NCBI GenBank assembly: GCA_028534125.1
Contig: CM052816.1
Location: 63,242,001 to 63,306,000 of the forward strand
Direction: 5' to 3'
DNA: 64,000 bases
Source of the DNA: Lama glama
Lineage: Eukaryota
Shown piece after piece: positions 49,332 through 61,813 of this stretch. Every line of letters begins with the position of its first letter. Position 1 is the stretch's first letter. A program made the translations under genes and the position numbers. The notes under the pieces were generated by a model. That model was not told the origin of the DNA and made no database searches. It saw only the letters and a list, made by a program, of their open reading frames with translations.

Positions 49332-51637
49332 TAAGCATACCTCGATCCACTGCACTTTGCTTTATTCACAGATACTGCATTTTTTTTTCCAAGTTCAAGG
49401 TTTGTGGCAACACTGCATTGACCAAGTCCATGGGCACCATTTTTTTTCAATAGCATTTGCTCACTTCATGTCTCTTTGTCACGTTTTGGTAATTCTCACA
49501 ATATTTCAAACGTTTTCATTATGATTGTATTTGCTATGGTGACCTGTGACAAGCCATCTTTGATATTACTACTGTAATGTTTTGGGATGCACAAACCATG
49601 CCCATATAAGAACAAACTTAATCAATAAATGCTGTGTTGGTCTGACTGTAGCACCAACCGACCATTCCCTGTCCTCTCCTGAGGACTCCCTATTCCCTGA
49701 ACACGACAATATTGAAATTAGGCCAATTAATAACCTTACAAGGGTCTCTAAGTGTTCACGTGAAAGGAAAAACCACATGTCTCTCAGTGTAAATTAGAAG
49801 CTAGAAATAATTAAGCTTAGCAAGAAAGGCATGTTGAAAGCAGAGACAGGCTGACAGCTAGGCCTCTTGTGCCAACAGTTAGCCAAGTTGTGAATGCAAA
49901 GGAAAAGTTCTTAAAGGAAATTAGAAGTCCTACTCCAGTAAACGCACTAACGATAAGAAAGCAAAAGGGCCCTACTGCTGATATGGAGAAAGCGTTAGTG
50001 GTCTGGGTAAAAAATCAAATCAGGCACAACATTCCCTTAAGTCAAAGTCTAGTCCAGAGTAAAGCCCTAACTGTGTTCAATTCTATAAAGGCTAAGAGAG
50101 GTGAGGAAGCTACAGAAGGAAAGCTTAAAGCTGCCAGAGGTTGGTTCCTGAGGTTTAAGGAAAGAAGTCGTCTTCATAACATAAAAATGTCAGGTGAAGC
50201 AGCAGGTGCTGGTGTAAAAGCAGCAGCAAGTTATTCAGGAAATCTAGCTAACATCATTCACGAAGGTGCTACACCAAACAGACTTTCAACAGCCTTATAT
50301 TGTAAGAAGATTCCATCTAGAACTTTTATAGCTAGAGAGAAGTCAAAGCGTGGCTTCAAATCTTCAAAGGACAGGCTGACCTCCTTCTTAGGAGCTAATG
50401 TAGCTGACGACTTTAAGTTGAAGCCAACTCTCATTGACTGCTATGATAGGGCCCTTAAGAATGATGCTAAATCCACTCAGTATGTGCTCTTTAAGTGGAT
50501 CGATAAAGCCTGGATGACAGCACAGCTGTAGACAACATGGTTTACCGAATACTGTAAGCCCACTGTTGAGACCTACCGCTCAGAGAAAAAGATTCCTTTC
50601 AAAATGTTACTGCTCATTGACAATGTACCTGGTCACACAAGAGCTCTGATAGAGATTACAGTTGAGATTAATGTCGTGTTCATGCTTGCTGATACACCAT
50701 CTATTCTGTAGCCCATGGGTCAAGAAGTAATTTCAACTTTCAAGACTTATTATTTAAGAAATACATTCCATAAGGCTATAGCTGCCACAGACCATGCTTC
50801 CTCCAATGGATCTGGGCAAAGTCAACTGAAAACCTTCTGGAAAGGTGTCACCATCCTAGATGTCATCAAGAACATTTTTGACTTGTGGGAAGAGGTCAAA
50901 ACATCGAAACCAACAGGAGTTTGGAAGAAGATTCCAGCTCTTACGGATGGCTGAGGGGTTGAAAACTTCAGTGGAGGAAGTCACTGCAGATGTGGTGGAA
51001 ATAGCAGGAGAACTAGAATTAGAAATGGAGCCTGAAGGTGTGACTGCACTGCTGTGATCTCACGATAAATCTCCAACGGATGAGGAAGTGCTCCTTATGG
51101 ATGAGCAAAGAGAGTGCTTTCTTGAGATGAAAACTGCTCCTGGTGAAGATGCTGTGAAGATTGTTGAAATGACAACAAAAAATTTAGAATATTGCATAAA
51201 CTTAGTTGATAAAGCTGCTTCAGGGTTTGAAAGGATTGATTCCAATTTTGAAAGAAGTTCTGCTGTGGGTAAAATGCCATCAAGCAGCATTGTTCATGGA
51301 AGGAAGACTTAGTTGATGTGGCAAACATCACTGTTGTCTTATTTAAGAAACTGTCGCTCTAACCATCAGCAATCACCACCCTGACCAATCAGCAGCCATC
51401 AACACTGAGGCAAGACCTTTCACTAGTGAGAGGGTTATAACTCACTGAAGGCTCACGTGATGGTTAGCATTTTTTTAGCAATAAAGTATTTATAATTAAT
51501 ATACATTTTTTTAGACATACTGCTACTGCACACTTAACAGACTACAGTTTAGTGTAAACATGTGACTCACTTTATTGTGATATTCACCTTACTGCAGTGG
51601 TCTGGAAGAAAGCCACACTATCTCCAAGGTATGCCTG
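49332..51637 (+). mobile_element. Tigger1 DNA transposon, near full length (~2.3 kb)
   Basis: TIRs taagcatacctcg / ccaaggtatgcctg; TA on both flanks; internal transposase. Confidence 0.96.
49741..51467 (+). pseudogene. Tigger1 pogo-like transposase remnant (CENP-B-type HTH plus DDE domain)
   Basis: [57 protein letters not shown]; start codon mutated, stops and frameshifts. Confidence 0.93.
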
Positions 51638-51670
51638 TAATCATCTTAAAAATCCATGATTTATAATGTT

Positions 51671-51695
51671 AGAGAAAGAGAGAGAGAGAGAGAGA
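51671..51695. repeat. (GA)n microsatellite
   Basis: Direct reading. Confidence 0.9.
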
Positions 51696-51699
51696 GGAC

Positions 51700-51960
51700 A
51701 CAAGAGAGAATCAAGCGAAACAGTCTCCAAACCTCACCCAGTGAACATCACTGGGAGTTAAAGGACATCAACCGCTCGGTCTGAAAATTGTTAGTCAGAA
51801 GGAATGAAATGAGCATTTAGCCTTTTCCTCTGCATGAACTATTTATTCACAGTACCTAAATAGCCTAATTGGATTTAAAAAAAAAAGTAGGATTCTTTTT
51901 CAGAATTCCATCCAATAAGCATGGAAAGGATGGTAGAGTTAGAAAGTCACCACTGCAGAG
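51700..51960 (+). mobile_element. Old L1MC-like 3'UTR fragment
   Basis: gacatcaac...tctgaaaattg...cagaattcca...agagttagaaagtcacca; weak match. Confidence 0.35.
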
Positions 51961-53909
51961 GGGAGGGATAAAGGAGGAGTCTGGGAGTCACCAAGAAGGG
52001 CCGGATGGGTTTGTAGCACAGCACCGTACTGGGTGCCACTGGGACACAGAACTTAACGAAGTTACGTTTTTGCCTTAGTGAGGAGTTGGCATGTTTCTTT
52101 ACACTTTGAAAACCAATACACGTTGTCCTTTGCCTATTTTAAAATACCCTACCTCTACGGTAAAAATAAGTAAAAACAATATAAGCAGCAGGCTGCCTAG
52201 ATTGCTAGAAACATAAGCCCACTTCCACACAGCCCAGGAGGAAGCTCTGCCCCCTCTGTGGCCACTGCTCTTTCCAGGTCAAAGCAGGGAGTTAATGTGG
52301 ATACGTGACTACCTGATGTATTACCTGCAGTAACCTGACAACAAGTCAGCAGAAGGAGGAATGGGGCAGGAATACTCAACATCCCTCCTGAGCAGGCTGA
52401 GCAGAAGTTAACCCTTCAATGCACAACTCAAAATCCCTTCCCTTAATGACCTCCTTCATCATCTATGCTACAAACCCATCCAACCCTTCTCCCCAGATCT
52501 TTCTCCAACATGCACCTAGCTAGACTACAGGCAGCACCACTTTTAATTACTTTCGACCTCCTTTTAATGTAGGTTTCCCCCTCAATACAAATCCATTGGT
52601 GTAGAGTAGGAGGACCATTTCTAAGCCAACAGATGTACACCCTCTGCTCTATAGGGACACACTATACTCCTATTCACTTCATTATTGTGGTTTAAAGGAT
52701 GCAAGCCATTACACCTGCTTTCTCTCCTTGATTATTTTTTTTATATGTAAGATCATGGTATCTATACCAGTATCTCTAAATCCACTAACTGTATACATTC
52801 TATTTCTACTGGTTAGCCCTGATACTGTCCTTCCTTTCTTCCAGTATAATAGCTTTTCTTTTCATCAACATTATCTACTTAAAAGAGAAAGATATTTAAA
52901 TCTCAGAATATTTATTCCCCTGCTTAACACATAAGATGCACATTTTTCTAATATTTTTGTACATAATATTTTCTAGATACAGCTGACACCTAATTAGGCA
53001 AGCTAAGATGCTAACAGGAATATGAATAACCTTAGAAAAGATTTCTGTCTGATTTAGTGAGTGTAGTACAATCTTTGTTCTGATACAGTATCAATTTTTA
53101 CTACTTTTATTAAACTGATGTTAAAATGAGTTTGCAATCCACGGCAGAAACGGGGCTGGGGATTCAGAGGTAGACAGAAGCATCACATATATGGATTTTA
53201 ATGTGTCCCAAACTAATCAACACAACAGAAGTGACAGTATTTGCTTAACATGTGAGACTCTCACGTCGCAGACTACAGCTTTCTACCACTGAATGCTACA
53301 CACTATGCACACACCTACATACAGCATCCACAGGGGTTACCAGTCCATTTATAACTGGTACCAACGACACTAGAGTATAAGAAATGTCACATTTCTTTAT
53401 TTTTCTAAATCAAATTAAATCCAATTCAAGCTCCAACCGGCCAAGATTGACAAGAAAAACAAGCTCAGATGTCAGCAATACCTTTTAAGAAGGGATCAAA
53501 AAAAAACCACTAGAAAAACACTAGAGCTTTAAAAGACTAAAAAAACTCAGAAGCCCCCAGGTTCCTGTGGTCCATTCAAAGGCTGTCAATTTCTAGGGTC
53601 CATGGTTATCCCTGGACCACTATAATCCAGGTTCTGCCTCCTCTGGCAGTGGGAGGATGAGGGGGTACATTCTGGTGGAATTAGATCTCCTCAACTTCCC
53701 CCATTCCCAAAGCAGCATCAGGGAACTTAACTGCTTATCTCCGGAAAAGGAATCACTGCTCCCCAACCTTCAAACAAAATTTCTTATTAATAAACCCTCC
53801 TAGAAAATTTAACCAGATCATCATAGTGATATTCCACCTCTGAAATGAAAAGGCTTCTCAGAGTTGTTGAGAAGGGAAGAAAATCACGTAGGAAATAATG
53901 TTTTGAATT

Positions 53910-54270
53910 ATACTGGTCAGGGTAACACTAGTTATTATGAGAAATAAACCCCCCAACAGTCACGATTTAACACAGGAAAAAATACAGACTTTCCTGTTGT
54001 ACATAGCTCTCTGTTTCACAGTCTTTCAGGATATGCTTCCAAGGTTGCTCTGGGCATTGACATCCAGCAAACAGAAGGGGGAAGACAACAGAAAGCAGTC
54101 ACCCTGCTTCCTACCCACCTTGGCTCAACAGTGGTACCCACTGATTCTTCTTATGTTCTAGCAACAGAATCGAGTCACAGGGCCTCACTTGAGAGTAAAA
54201 GCACTGATAAAGTCTATAGGATGGAAAGGAGAGCCATCTATTATCATGAGTAATTAGCCACTTCGGCTCC
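53910..54270 (-). mobile_element. MaLR LTR remnant, MLT1I/J-like
   Basis: ggtcagggtaacactag...aaataaacccc...gatttaacaca...gcttccaaggttgc...agtcacagggcc. Confidence 0.55.
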
Positions 54271-54454
54271 CACATCCTAGATAATCCAGAATTAAAGTTT
54301 ATCTGCTCAGTTCTTCTTCTTATCTGGTAATGAGAATCTCCAAAGGGCCAATAATTGGAAAGAGAGTAAAGAAGAGCAGAAAATCAACTAGATCATGATT
54401 CTCCTGCATAATGTAGAGTGACACATGAGCAACAAGGCAGAAATTCATGGAGCA

Positions 54455-54610
54455 ATCAAGCTGCGAAGAAGCATAAGGAGAGATTGCCTGGCTCATCCTA
54501 CTTTACGACAAAGAAAGAAGGTTAAATCAGTCTCCCTAAACCACAGAACTCATTAACGGTAGGGGAAAAAGAAGAATTCCAATCCCTTGAGCTTTTGTCA
54601 AGTGCTTTTT
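54455..54610 (-). mobile_element. MIR3 fragment
   Basis: gagagattgcctgg...ctttac...aaggttaaat...ccctaaaccacag. Confidence 0.45.
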
Positions 54611-55761
54611 CCATTAAGATTCAATTTTGCCAGTTTGGGGCTTTGTTTTTAGAAAAATGACACAGACCAAATTCTCTCTAGTCAGAACTATGAGACTCCA
54701 AAATTGCCCCTTGGGGGAAACGATGGAGACGAAGAGAATTTCACACTCCATCCAAGTGATGCCAGTAAGCACTTGCTGGCTTCCGTATACACCTATGATC
54801 AGAATATAACTACACACTCCCAATGTCACCAGCCACCAGAAAGGCCACGTTTTGTTCCCATCTTAAACCACATACATTTAATTTTGGCAAGTCATTTGTT
54901 TCCTTTTTGGCAGCATTCCTACCAAAAACTAAATTTATTGCCAACAGGAACTACATTTAAAGTCACTGAAGATTCATGGAAAGAATCGAAATTCCTATTT
55001 TGGGATGATTCTGCTTCAGTATTGATATTCAGTATCATGTTTTTCAGATTGGCTTTCATTGCATCTGGAGCAGTATACTGGTCTCCCTAAGTTCATTGGT
55101 TCCTGTTATTTATTCCTCGCCTGAAGTCATTCTCTCAGTTTCTGATGCTAAAATTTGTTGCTACGGAAGCAATTATCCTTGTGTCAAAAGACAAAAGGAC
55201 AATGACTTCATGGACCACCTAAGTAGCAGGAGCTGATGAAAATCTCAGTAACAAGAATACTGAAGTTGCTAGTAGAATGTGTTAGAGAAAAGAGAGATAG
55301 GAATGAGAGGAAATAAAATGTCAGTTGAATGTGTCTGCAGTTTCTTGAGGAAAACCTTTGTCAATCTTAGCTGAGAAAGCATAAGTGTGTTATGGGCTCA
55401 TGATCCTTCCAGAGTGTTCCAGAAATTGCTGGACTGAGGTACAACCTCACAGAATTTATCTGTCAGAGCCTCTCTACCTTTATTAATTAAAGGAACCTGC
55501 AGCTCTTTCTATGTACCTTCTCTTTACAGGAGAAGATGCCAAGACAGCAAGAGAGCCAGGGAGACTTAAAAAAATGACAGCAAAACAGAACGTTGAACGA
55601 AATTTTCCCATTGACTGAATTTCAGCCAAGGTCACAAAGTTGCAAAGCTACAAGTATTTGAAACATCCTGCTTTCTAAAGAGAGCCCCAGGGAACCACCA
55701 GCCACATCCCACAGCCCTCACTCATGAGTGCAGCTAACATCACCCCTCCACTCCCCCTATA

Positions 55762-55934
55762 CAGTCCTTCTCAAACATGGCTGCACATTAAAATAAGCTG
55801 GAGAACCTTTCAAAAATACCCATGCATGAGCACAGCCAATCAAGTCAGAATCTCTGTAGTTGGGCCCAGGTACTAATATTCTTTTAAAGGTTTCCCAGGT
55901 GACTCTAAAATGCAGCCAGCTTGGAGAACTGTTG
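55762..55934. mobile_element. MER5A hAT-Charlie element
   Basis: cagtccttctcaaacatggctgcacatta...tcagaatctctg...tttcccaggtgactctaaaatgcagcca...gagaac. Confidence 0.88.
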
Positions 55935-56774
55935 ATTCACAAGAAGGGAAGACTAGAGTCTTTGGAGTTGTAGAATACTGGCTTGTGGTGAATGCTCTGG
56001 CATCCCCCTCCCTCTCTAGGCCCAGGTCAGGGAACTCTGCATTGAAGGGGCCTCTGTGTATCCTTCCCAAAGGACCCACTCGCTTATCCCAAAGGGAGCT
56101 AGCATGTAGATCCAAGCCACTCAGCGGTGGACACCCAGGGAAGGACCAAAACAGCAGCAGTGAAATCAAAAGACTTCGGCTCTTTTCTGAGATCTCACTC
56201 ATCTCATCCAGCCCAGGAGGAGCTAAATGCAGAGAAGGAAGGAAGAAGAGCCAGATGGTGCCCCCTTCACCACCATACAATTACTTTGAGGTGAGGCCTG
56301 GCTGGCAGTGGGTCAGGGAGGAGGTAGCACTAAACTGGATGTGAGACTGAAATTTCAGATAAGATTGGGCTTTTCAAAACCTGAAAATGCCTGAAGACTT
56401 ACTGAATCTGCACAAGACATTGTTAAAGGCTATAAAAGAAAAGGTGATTCAAAAGAGGGTGTTTGAAAAAAGTGACAGGAGAAAAATAAACCACTTCATA
56501 TTTGAGTCCCAGTGAGTTGAGATGTTCAATAAACCACCTGCAATCGATGGCCATACTTTTTCCTGGATTAACTGAATCAGAACTTGAGGACATGAGAAAG
56601 GAATGAATTATATAATATCCCATAGTCCCTCTTTCAATGATTCAACCATAGGTAAGATATCAAAGAATTAAAAAGAGAAAAAGTTAACTTTTTAAAACAG
56701 GAGGAGATTTCAAAAGGGAAGATAACACTCCTTCATTTTCTAGACTTAACCAAAAAGAGGAGTTACTCCAGTAC

Positions 56775-56998
56775 ACACAGCTCAATACCAAAAAAAAAAA
56801 AAAAACAACCAAACAATCCAATTTAACAATAGGCAGGAGATCTAAACAGACATTTCTTCAAAGAAGACACACAGATGGCCAATAGGCACATGAAAAGATG
56901 CTCAACATCACGAATTGTCAGAGAAATGTAAATCAAAACTACAATGAGGTATCACCTCACAATGGTCAGAATAGCCACCATCAAAAAATCTACAAATA
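56775..56998 (+). mobile_element. 5'-truncated L1 (late ORF2), interrupted by a younger L1
   Basis: ctaaacagacatttcttcaaagaagac...aatcaaaactacaatgaggtatcacctcac...tcaaaaaatctacaaata. Confidence 0.92.
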
Positions 56999-57343
56999 GA
57001 AGATGGCGGAGTAGAAGGACGCTTGTAAGTCACCCTCTCCCACAAATACACCAAGACCCACATCTACAGACCCACTCAGCCAACCAGAGCACCTGCGGAA
57101 CTCCAACAGATCATCGCCCTCTTCAAGAGATAAAGACGCCAAAAATCTGGTAGGAGAAAAGGAAAAAAGAAAGAACAAAAGGCAAAGCAGCACGGGACGG
57201 GTCCCGCGGGGAGGGAGCTGCAAAAGAGGACTGGCGCTTGCTCCCTGGGTCTCCCCTCTCCAATTGAGAGGCCAGCGGGACGGAGGGGGAGCCTCCAGGG
57301 CTCGGATCTGTACAGAGCAGCCCTTGTCTGACAGAACTAAGTT
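56999..57343 (+). mobile_element. Young L1 5'UTR (CpG-rich internal promoter), cut off by the gap
   Basis: gaagatggcggagtagaaggacg start with intact YY1 motif; many retained CpGs (cacgggacgggtcccgcggg). Confidence 0.85.
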
Positions 57344-57843
57344 NNNNNNNNNNNNNNNNNNNNNNNNNNNNNNNNNNNNNNNNNNNNNNNNNNNNNNNNN
57401 NNNNNNNNNNNNNNNNNNNNNNNNNNNNNNNNNNNNNNNNNNNNNNNNNNNNNNNNNNNNNNNNNNNNNNNNNNNNNNNNNNNNNNNNNNNNNNNNNNNN
57501 NNNNNNNNNNNNNNNNNNNNNNNNNNNNNNNNNNNNNNNNNNNNNNNNNNNNNNNNNNNNNNNNNNNNNNNNNNNNNNNNNNNNNNNNNNNNNNNNNNNN
57601 NNNNNNNNNNNNNNNNNNNNNNNNNNNNNNNNNNNNNNNNNNNNNNNNNNNNNNNNNNNNNNNNNNNNNNNNNNNNNNNNNNNNNNNNNNNNNNNNNNNN
57701 NNNNNNNNNNNNNNNNNNNNNNNNNNNNNNNNNNNNNNNNNNNNNNNNNNNNNNNNNNNNNNNNNNNNNNNNNNNNNNNNNNNNNNNNNNNNNNNNNNNN
57801 NNNNNNNNNNNNNNNNNNNNNNNNNNNNNNNNNNNNNNNNNNN
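57344..57843. other. Assembly gap (500 N)
   Basis: Run of exactly 500 N; the round size suggests a placeholder. Confidence 0.99.
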
Positions 57844-58175
57844 TCCTTCAGGGGCCTCAAAAACAGGATCCATTTTCTTTCCATCGCAGCTTCTAGAGGC
57901 TACCTGAACTCCCTGGCTCATGGTCCCTTCCTCCATCTTTAAAGCCAACAACATCCCTGACTCTTTTTCCTTCATTTCCAAGCACTGCTGGGAAAGCATC
58001 TACACTTCTAAGGACTCATGTAATCAGACTGAGCCCCTCTGACTGACACAGGATGCTCTCCCCTCTCAGTGCCTGTACCTTAATCAAAGCTGCAAACTCC
58101 CTTTTAGCATGAAGTGTATTCAGTTCTCATGGATGAGGGTACAAACATCTTTGAGGGGCATTATTCTCCCTCCCA
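57844..58175 (-). mobile_element. MaLR LTR, MLT1D/E-like, one end lost in the gap
   Basis: cagcttctagaggct...ctggctcatggtcccttcctccatctttaaagcca...catctttgaggggcattattct. Confidence 0.85.
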
Positions 58176-58892
58176 TGGGGGGAAAAGCAAAATTTGGGGC
58201 CTGGAATCAAATTCAGATCTGATTCCAAAGACCATGCTCCTTCCAGTACACATCTCAAAAGAGCAGCTAAATTGAATGTTGTTGCTGTGTTTTCTGGAGG
58301 CTAAATCAAGAATGGAACATAAGTTTAGTGCAGCTGTAGGCAGCCTGAATTCCATTATCATTTTAAGTTGAATTAAATGGTGCTGAAGTAGATTTTGTTT
58401 ACTGCAATTCATTTTGCAGTGAATGAAACCCAGTCCCGCTCTGCAAATGCAATGCCTTGGGATTTGCATGAATGTCCTAGTGTGGTTCCTGGTCTTTATT
58501 TAACCTAACTAAAATACAGGATGGAAATCAAGGAACATCTCTAGATTTGGCATTGAATTACTTATACTTTCAAGTAACCATTTTGAAGCAAGATTAGTAC
58601 ATAAGCCTTGGATGTCTGACTACTTTACAGGGAGCTTGTGACTACTAGGGGGCTATATTTACCCCATCTCTCAGACTCCATTCCCGCACAGCAGCAAGGC
58701 TCCTGCCTGCACAGACTTAGCCCTTAAACTGAGGCAAAACTCATTCCACTCTTCATGAATGCATTCTGAACTAGGTTTTCTTTTCAGAGCAGAGAGTCCA
58801 CCCATAGAACTGGGGCTTATAGATATCAGACACATGACCATCTGGACAATGTGAACAGAAAAGTATTTAGTATGGGTTCTTTTAAACCCACC

Positions 58893-59284
58893 TACTGTGG
58901 GTTGAACTGTGTCCCCTCCCAAACGAGAACTGTTGAAGGTCTAACCCCAGCACCTCGGAATATGGCCTCATTAGGAAGTGGGATCACTTCCACAGATGTA
59001 GTTAGTTAAGATGACTGGTGTCCTCATAAGAGGAAAGAGACACAGGAGAGAAGGTGCCCCCATGACAACAGAGGCAGAGGTTGGAGGGGTGCATCCACAA
59101 GCCAAGGAAGCCAAAGGAGTACGGCAAACACCGGAAGGTGGAAGAGGCAAGGAAGGCCCACTGGTTCCACCCCACTGATTCCTCAATTTTGGACTTCTAG
59201 CCTCCAGAACCATAAAAGTACACATTTGTTGTTTTAAGCTACCCAGTCTGTGCATTTTGTTGCGGCAGCCCTAACAAACTGGTG
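58893..59284 (+). mobile_element. MaLR solo LTR, MLT1C-like
   Basis: gggttgaactgtgtcccc...tgactggtgtcctcataagagg...ttggacttctagcctccagaac...gcagccctaacaaact. Confidence 0.9.
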
Positions 59285-59789
59285 TCTTTTAGGATGTTGT
59301 TACAATTTCTCTTTCTCACTTTCCTGAGTAGGTGTTATTTCTGAAAAGGTAAATGAATATAGACCAATGATTGGGATGTGACTTAAACACTGGAGATATT
59401 CCCAGAGGATGACTGTGACTACAAGCTACTAAACCACACCACAGAAATCCTGCCAAAACACCACTCGTTATAAAGTTGAATTTGGCCTAACAGGCATGTC
59501 CTAGTCCAGTTCCAGGAAGTTCTAAAGTGACTTGAGCGCGCATGGAGCCAGGAGACAGCTCAGCATGGCAGCAAGTCACATGGGTACCCGCTCACTGGTA
59601 GAGCACCTACCATGCACCAGGCACAGGTGGTAAGTGCTTTTGACATATTTTTCCAGACTATTACTCTTCTCTATTATAAAACAAATAAAAAATAAACAAA
59701 CCTTTTCCTTTGGGCGATGACCTCCTGCAGAGGGCAGAACAGGGGAACGACTAATACAATCGAGTAGAATTCTGTGCCACGGTCCCACA

Positions 59790-60130
59790 CTGACCCTTGT
59801 CAGCACTGAAACCGCTCCTCCACCTGAACCTCAGCGCCTCCGTCTCTCATTACTTCTGCCTGCCGGTCCTTCCAAGTTGCTTATCAGCCATTCCTGCAAC
59901 CACTCTTCTAACCCCACCAGGACCTGCAGTCCTCTGAACCTCCTATTTACCCCATCCTTTGTCTTCCTCTATCTTTACTTCCTTTTCATCCATCTTAGAA
60001 TTTTTTGTCCATCATCTCACCCTAAGTCCTGCATCCTCTTCTAGTGGCATCACCTGCCAAAACCCAACTCTGCGCCTACAGCTGAACAGCACGATGCTGC
60101 TGGAGCAAGTCGCACACTGCTGTTTACCAT
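59790..60130 (+). mobile_element. L2 internal fragment
   Basis: Pyrimidine-rich; cacctgccaaaacccaac...gctgctggagcaagtcgcac. Confidence 0.4.
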
Positions 60131-60827
60131 GAACGTGTGTTGCTCTTATAACGAGGAAAACATGTTATTAAAAAGCAATTAACCATGTAATTTGCTTGAA
60201 AGGGCTTTGTGCTTTATCAGTTTTTCAACAGCTATTTCTAAATTATTTCAGAAACAAAACTGCCAGTCTTTTGGGGGAACTTTCCTTCTAATGTTCATCC
60301 TATAGGTTATTCACATAACGGAAGGTCGAATGGGGAGTACAGCTCTGACATATGAAGGGCTTGAAGTAGTCACTCCAGTCCTTACAGGAAAATAACTGGA
60401 CAAACTGAAAACCAGTGACTTCTTGGACTCATTAGAGAATTGAGTTTGCAGGGCAAATTGTTTCCCAAAATGTGGAGACACAGGCCAATCTAGAGTCACA
60501 GTGAAGACCTACTTACCTGGAGCAGAAGTATTGGAGCCATAAACTGGTAGATCACTTCTGGGGACCACAGCCTTAGGGGAAGCCCTTGTTTGGTGAACAT
60601 TACCTTCAGGAGCCCCATCAATTTCTCCTGGTGAAGAGCAGAGAAAGATGCACTCACGGCTCTGGCAGCTGGACAGGAAGGGCCACGCTTGTGGAGTATC
60701 CCCAGAGCTTTCTTCATAGCAGAGGACTACTCCCCAGGGAGAAGACTGCATCAGACCCTTGACCTAAAGCCATGGGGGAAGGGCATTCCTCTCACTCTGG
60801 CCCCTTCTAGCCTTCCTGTCTTACCTC

Positions 60828-61296
60828 TGTGAATGAAAAATACTGCAAGCCATGTCAGTAAATAAAGAATGCTATGGCCATCAAGTCATCAGATGCTACT
60901 GCGAGCTCAGGATGCAGACCAGCAGGCAGTCTGGCCTCTGCAGCAACCCCCAACGGTGCCCCCTGAGGGACGTGAAAGCACGGGATACTGGCCCTAGACA
61001 GCTATGATTCCAATGAGCCCAGACATTTGCATCTTCCCACACACAAAAAAGCACTACATTCTTTAACTTGAGATGTCTGGTTTTCTTTAGTTAATGGTAA
61101 TCTTTTAATGTTCCAACTACCTGGTCTTTGTTGTAAAACTCCTACTACTGGCTCCTACCCTGCCACTTCGGAGCAGTCCCTCAGAACGATCTGAGAGGCT
61201 GTCATCCCAGGCTTGAAGGGGTTCGAGTCCTCAGAAATGTTCGCCAAATAAAACATAACCCTCAACCGTTAGGCTGTACATTTATTTCAATGGACA
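60828..61296 (+). mobile_element. ERV1 solo LTR, MER34/MER39-like
   Basis: TG...CA ends; perfect 4-bp TSD CCTC (60824-27, 61297-300); gagcagtccctcagaacgatctgagaggctgtc; caaataaaacataac. Confidence 0.88.
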
Positions 61297-61813
61297 CCTC
61301 ACAGGGACAACGAAGCTAGCCGAGAAGAAACACATGTGATAGTCACAGGCCAGAGACTGAAGCCCACTAAGAGGCCTGAGACGTAATGCCAAGATTAGAG
61401 GGCGTTCCCTCCCACACACTCCCCAGCACACAGACAGGGCTCCAGTGTAACAGCGGGTCACTGCTGACACAGCGACCAGACCAGTGACCAGTAATTCTCT
61501 GAGGAGAATTACTTAGGGCAGTCCAAAGTTAAGAGGGGAAACAAAAACAAGAACCCTAGAACAGATGGAAACCTCTGGCACCAGGAGCTAACATCAAACA
61601 TTAAACACTGCCTAACTCCTGGCCAGATGAACAGACATGCTCACCCTAGAAGAGTATTTATCCCAGTTCCTATCACTCAACACAGTATGTCCAGCTTTCA
61701 ACACAAAATTAAAAGGCATGCTAAAAAGCAAGTCAAACAGATCAAGATCTGTGACTGAGCAAGAAATCAGAGCAGATCTCAAGCAAGCATCAGAACAAGA
61801 TTCATGTACTATA

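Noticed and set aside
49869..50531. Domesticated TIGD-type gene
   Set aside because: Lies within TIR-bounded Tigger1 with stops, frameshifts, a lost start codon and lost catalytic aspartates.
57123..57999. Three ORFs of 210-253 aa
   Set aside because: Artefacts of translating through 500 N.
60509..60525. U1 snRNA 5' end (tacttacctgg)
   Set aside because: The match stops after about 11 nt and no U1 body follows; it lies in L1-derived sequence.
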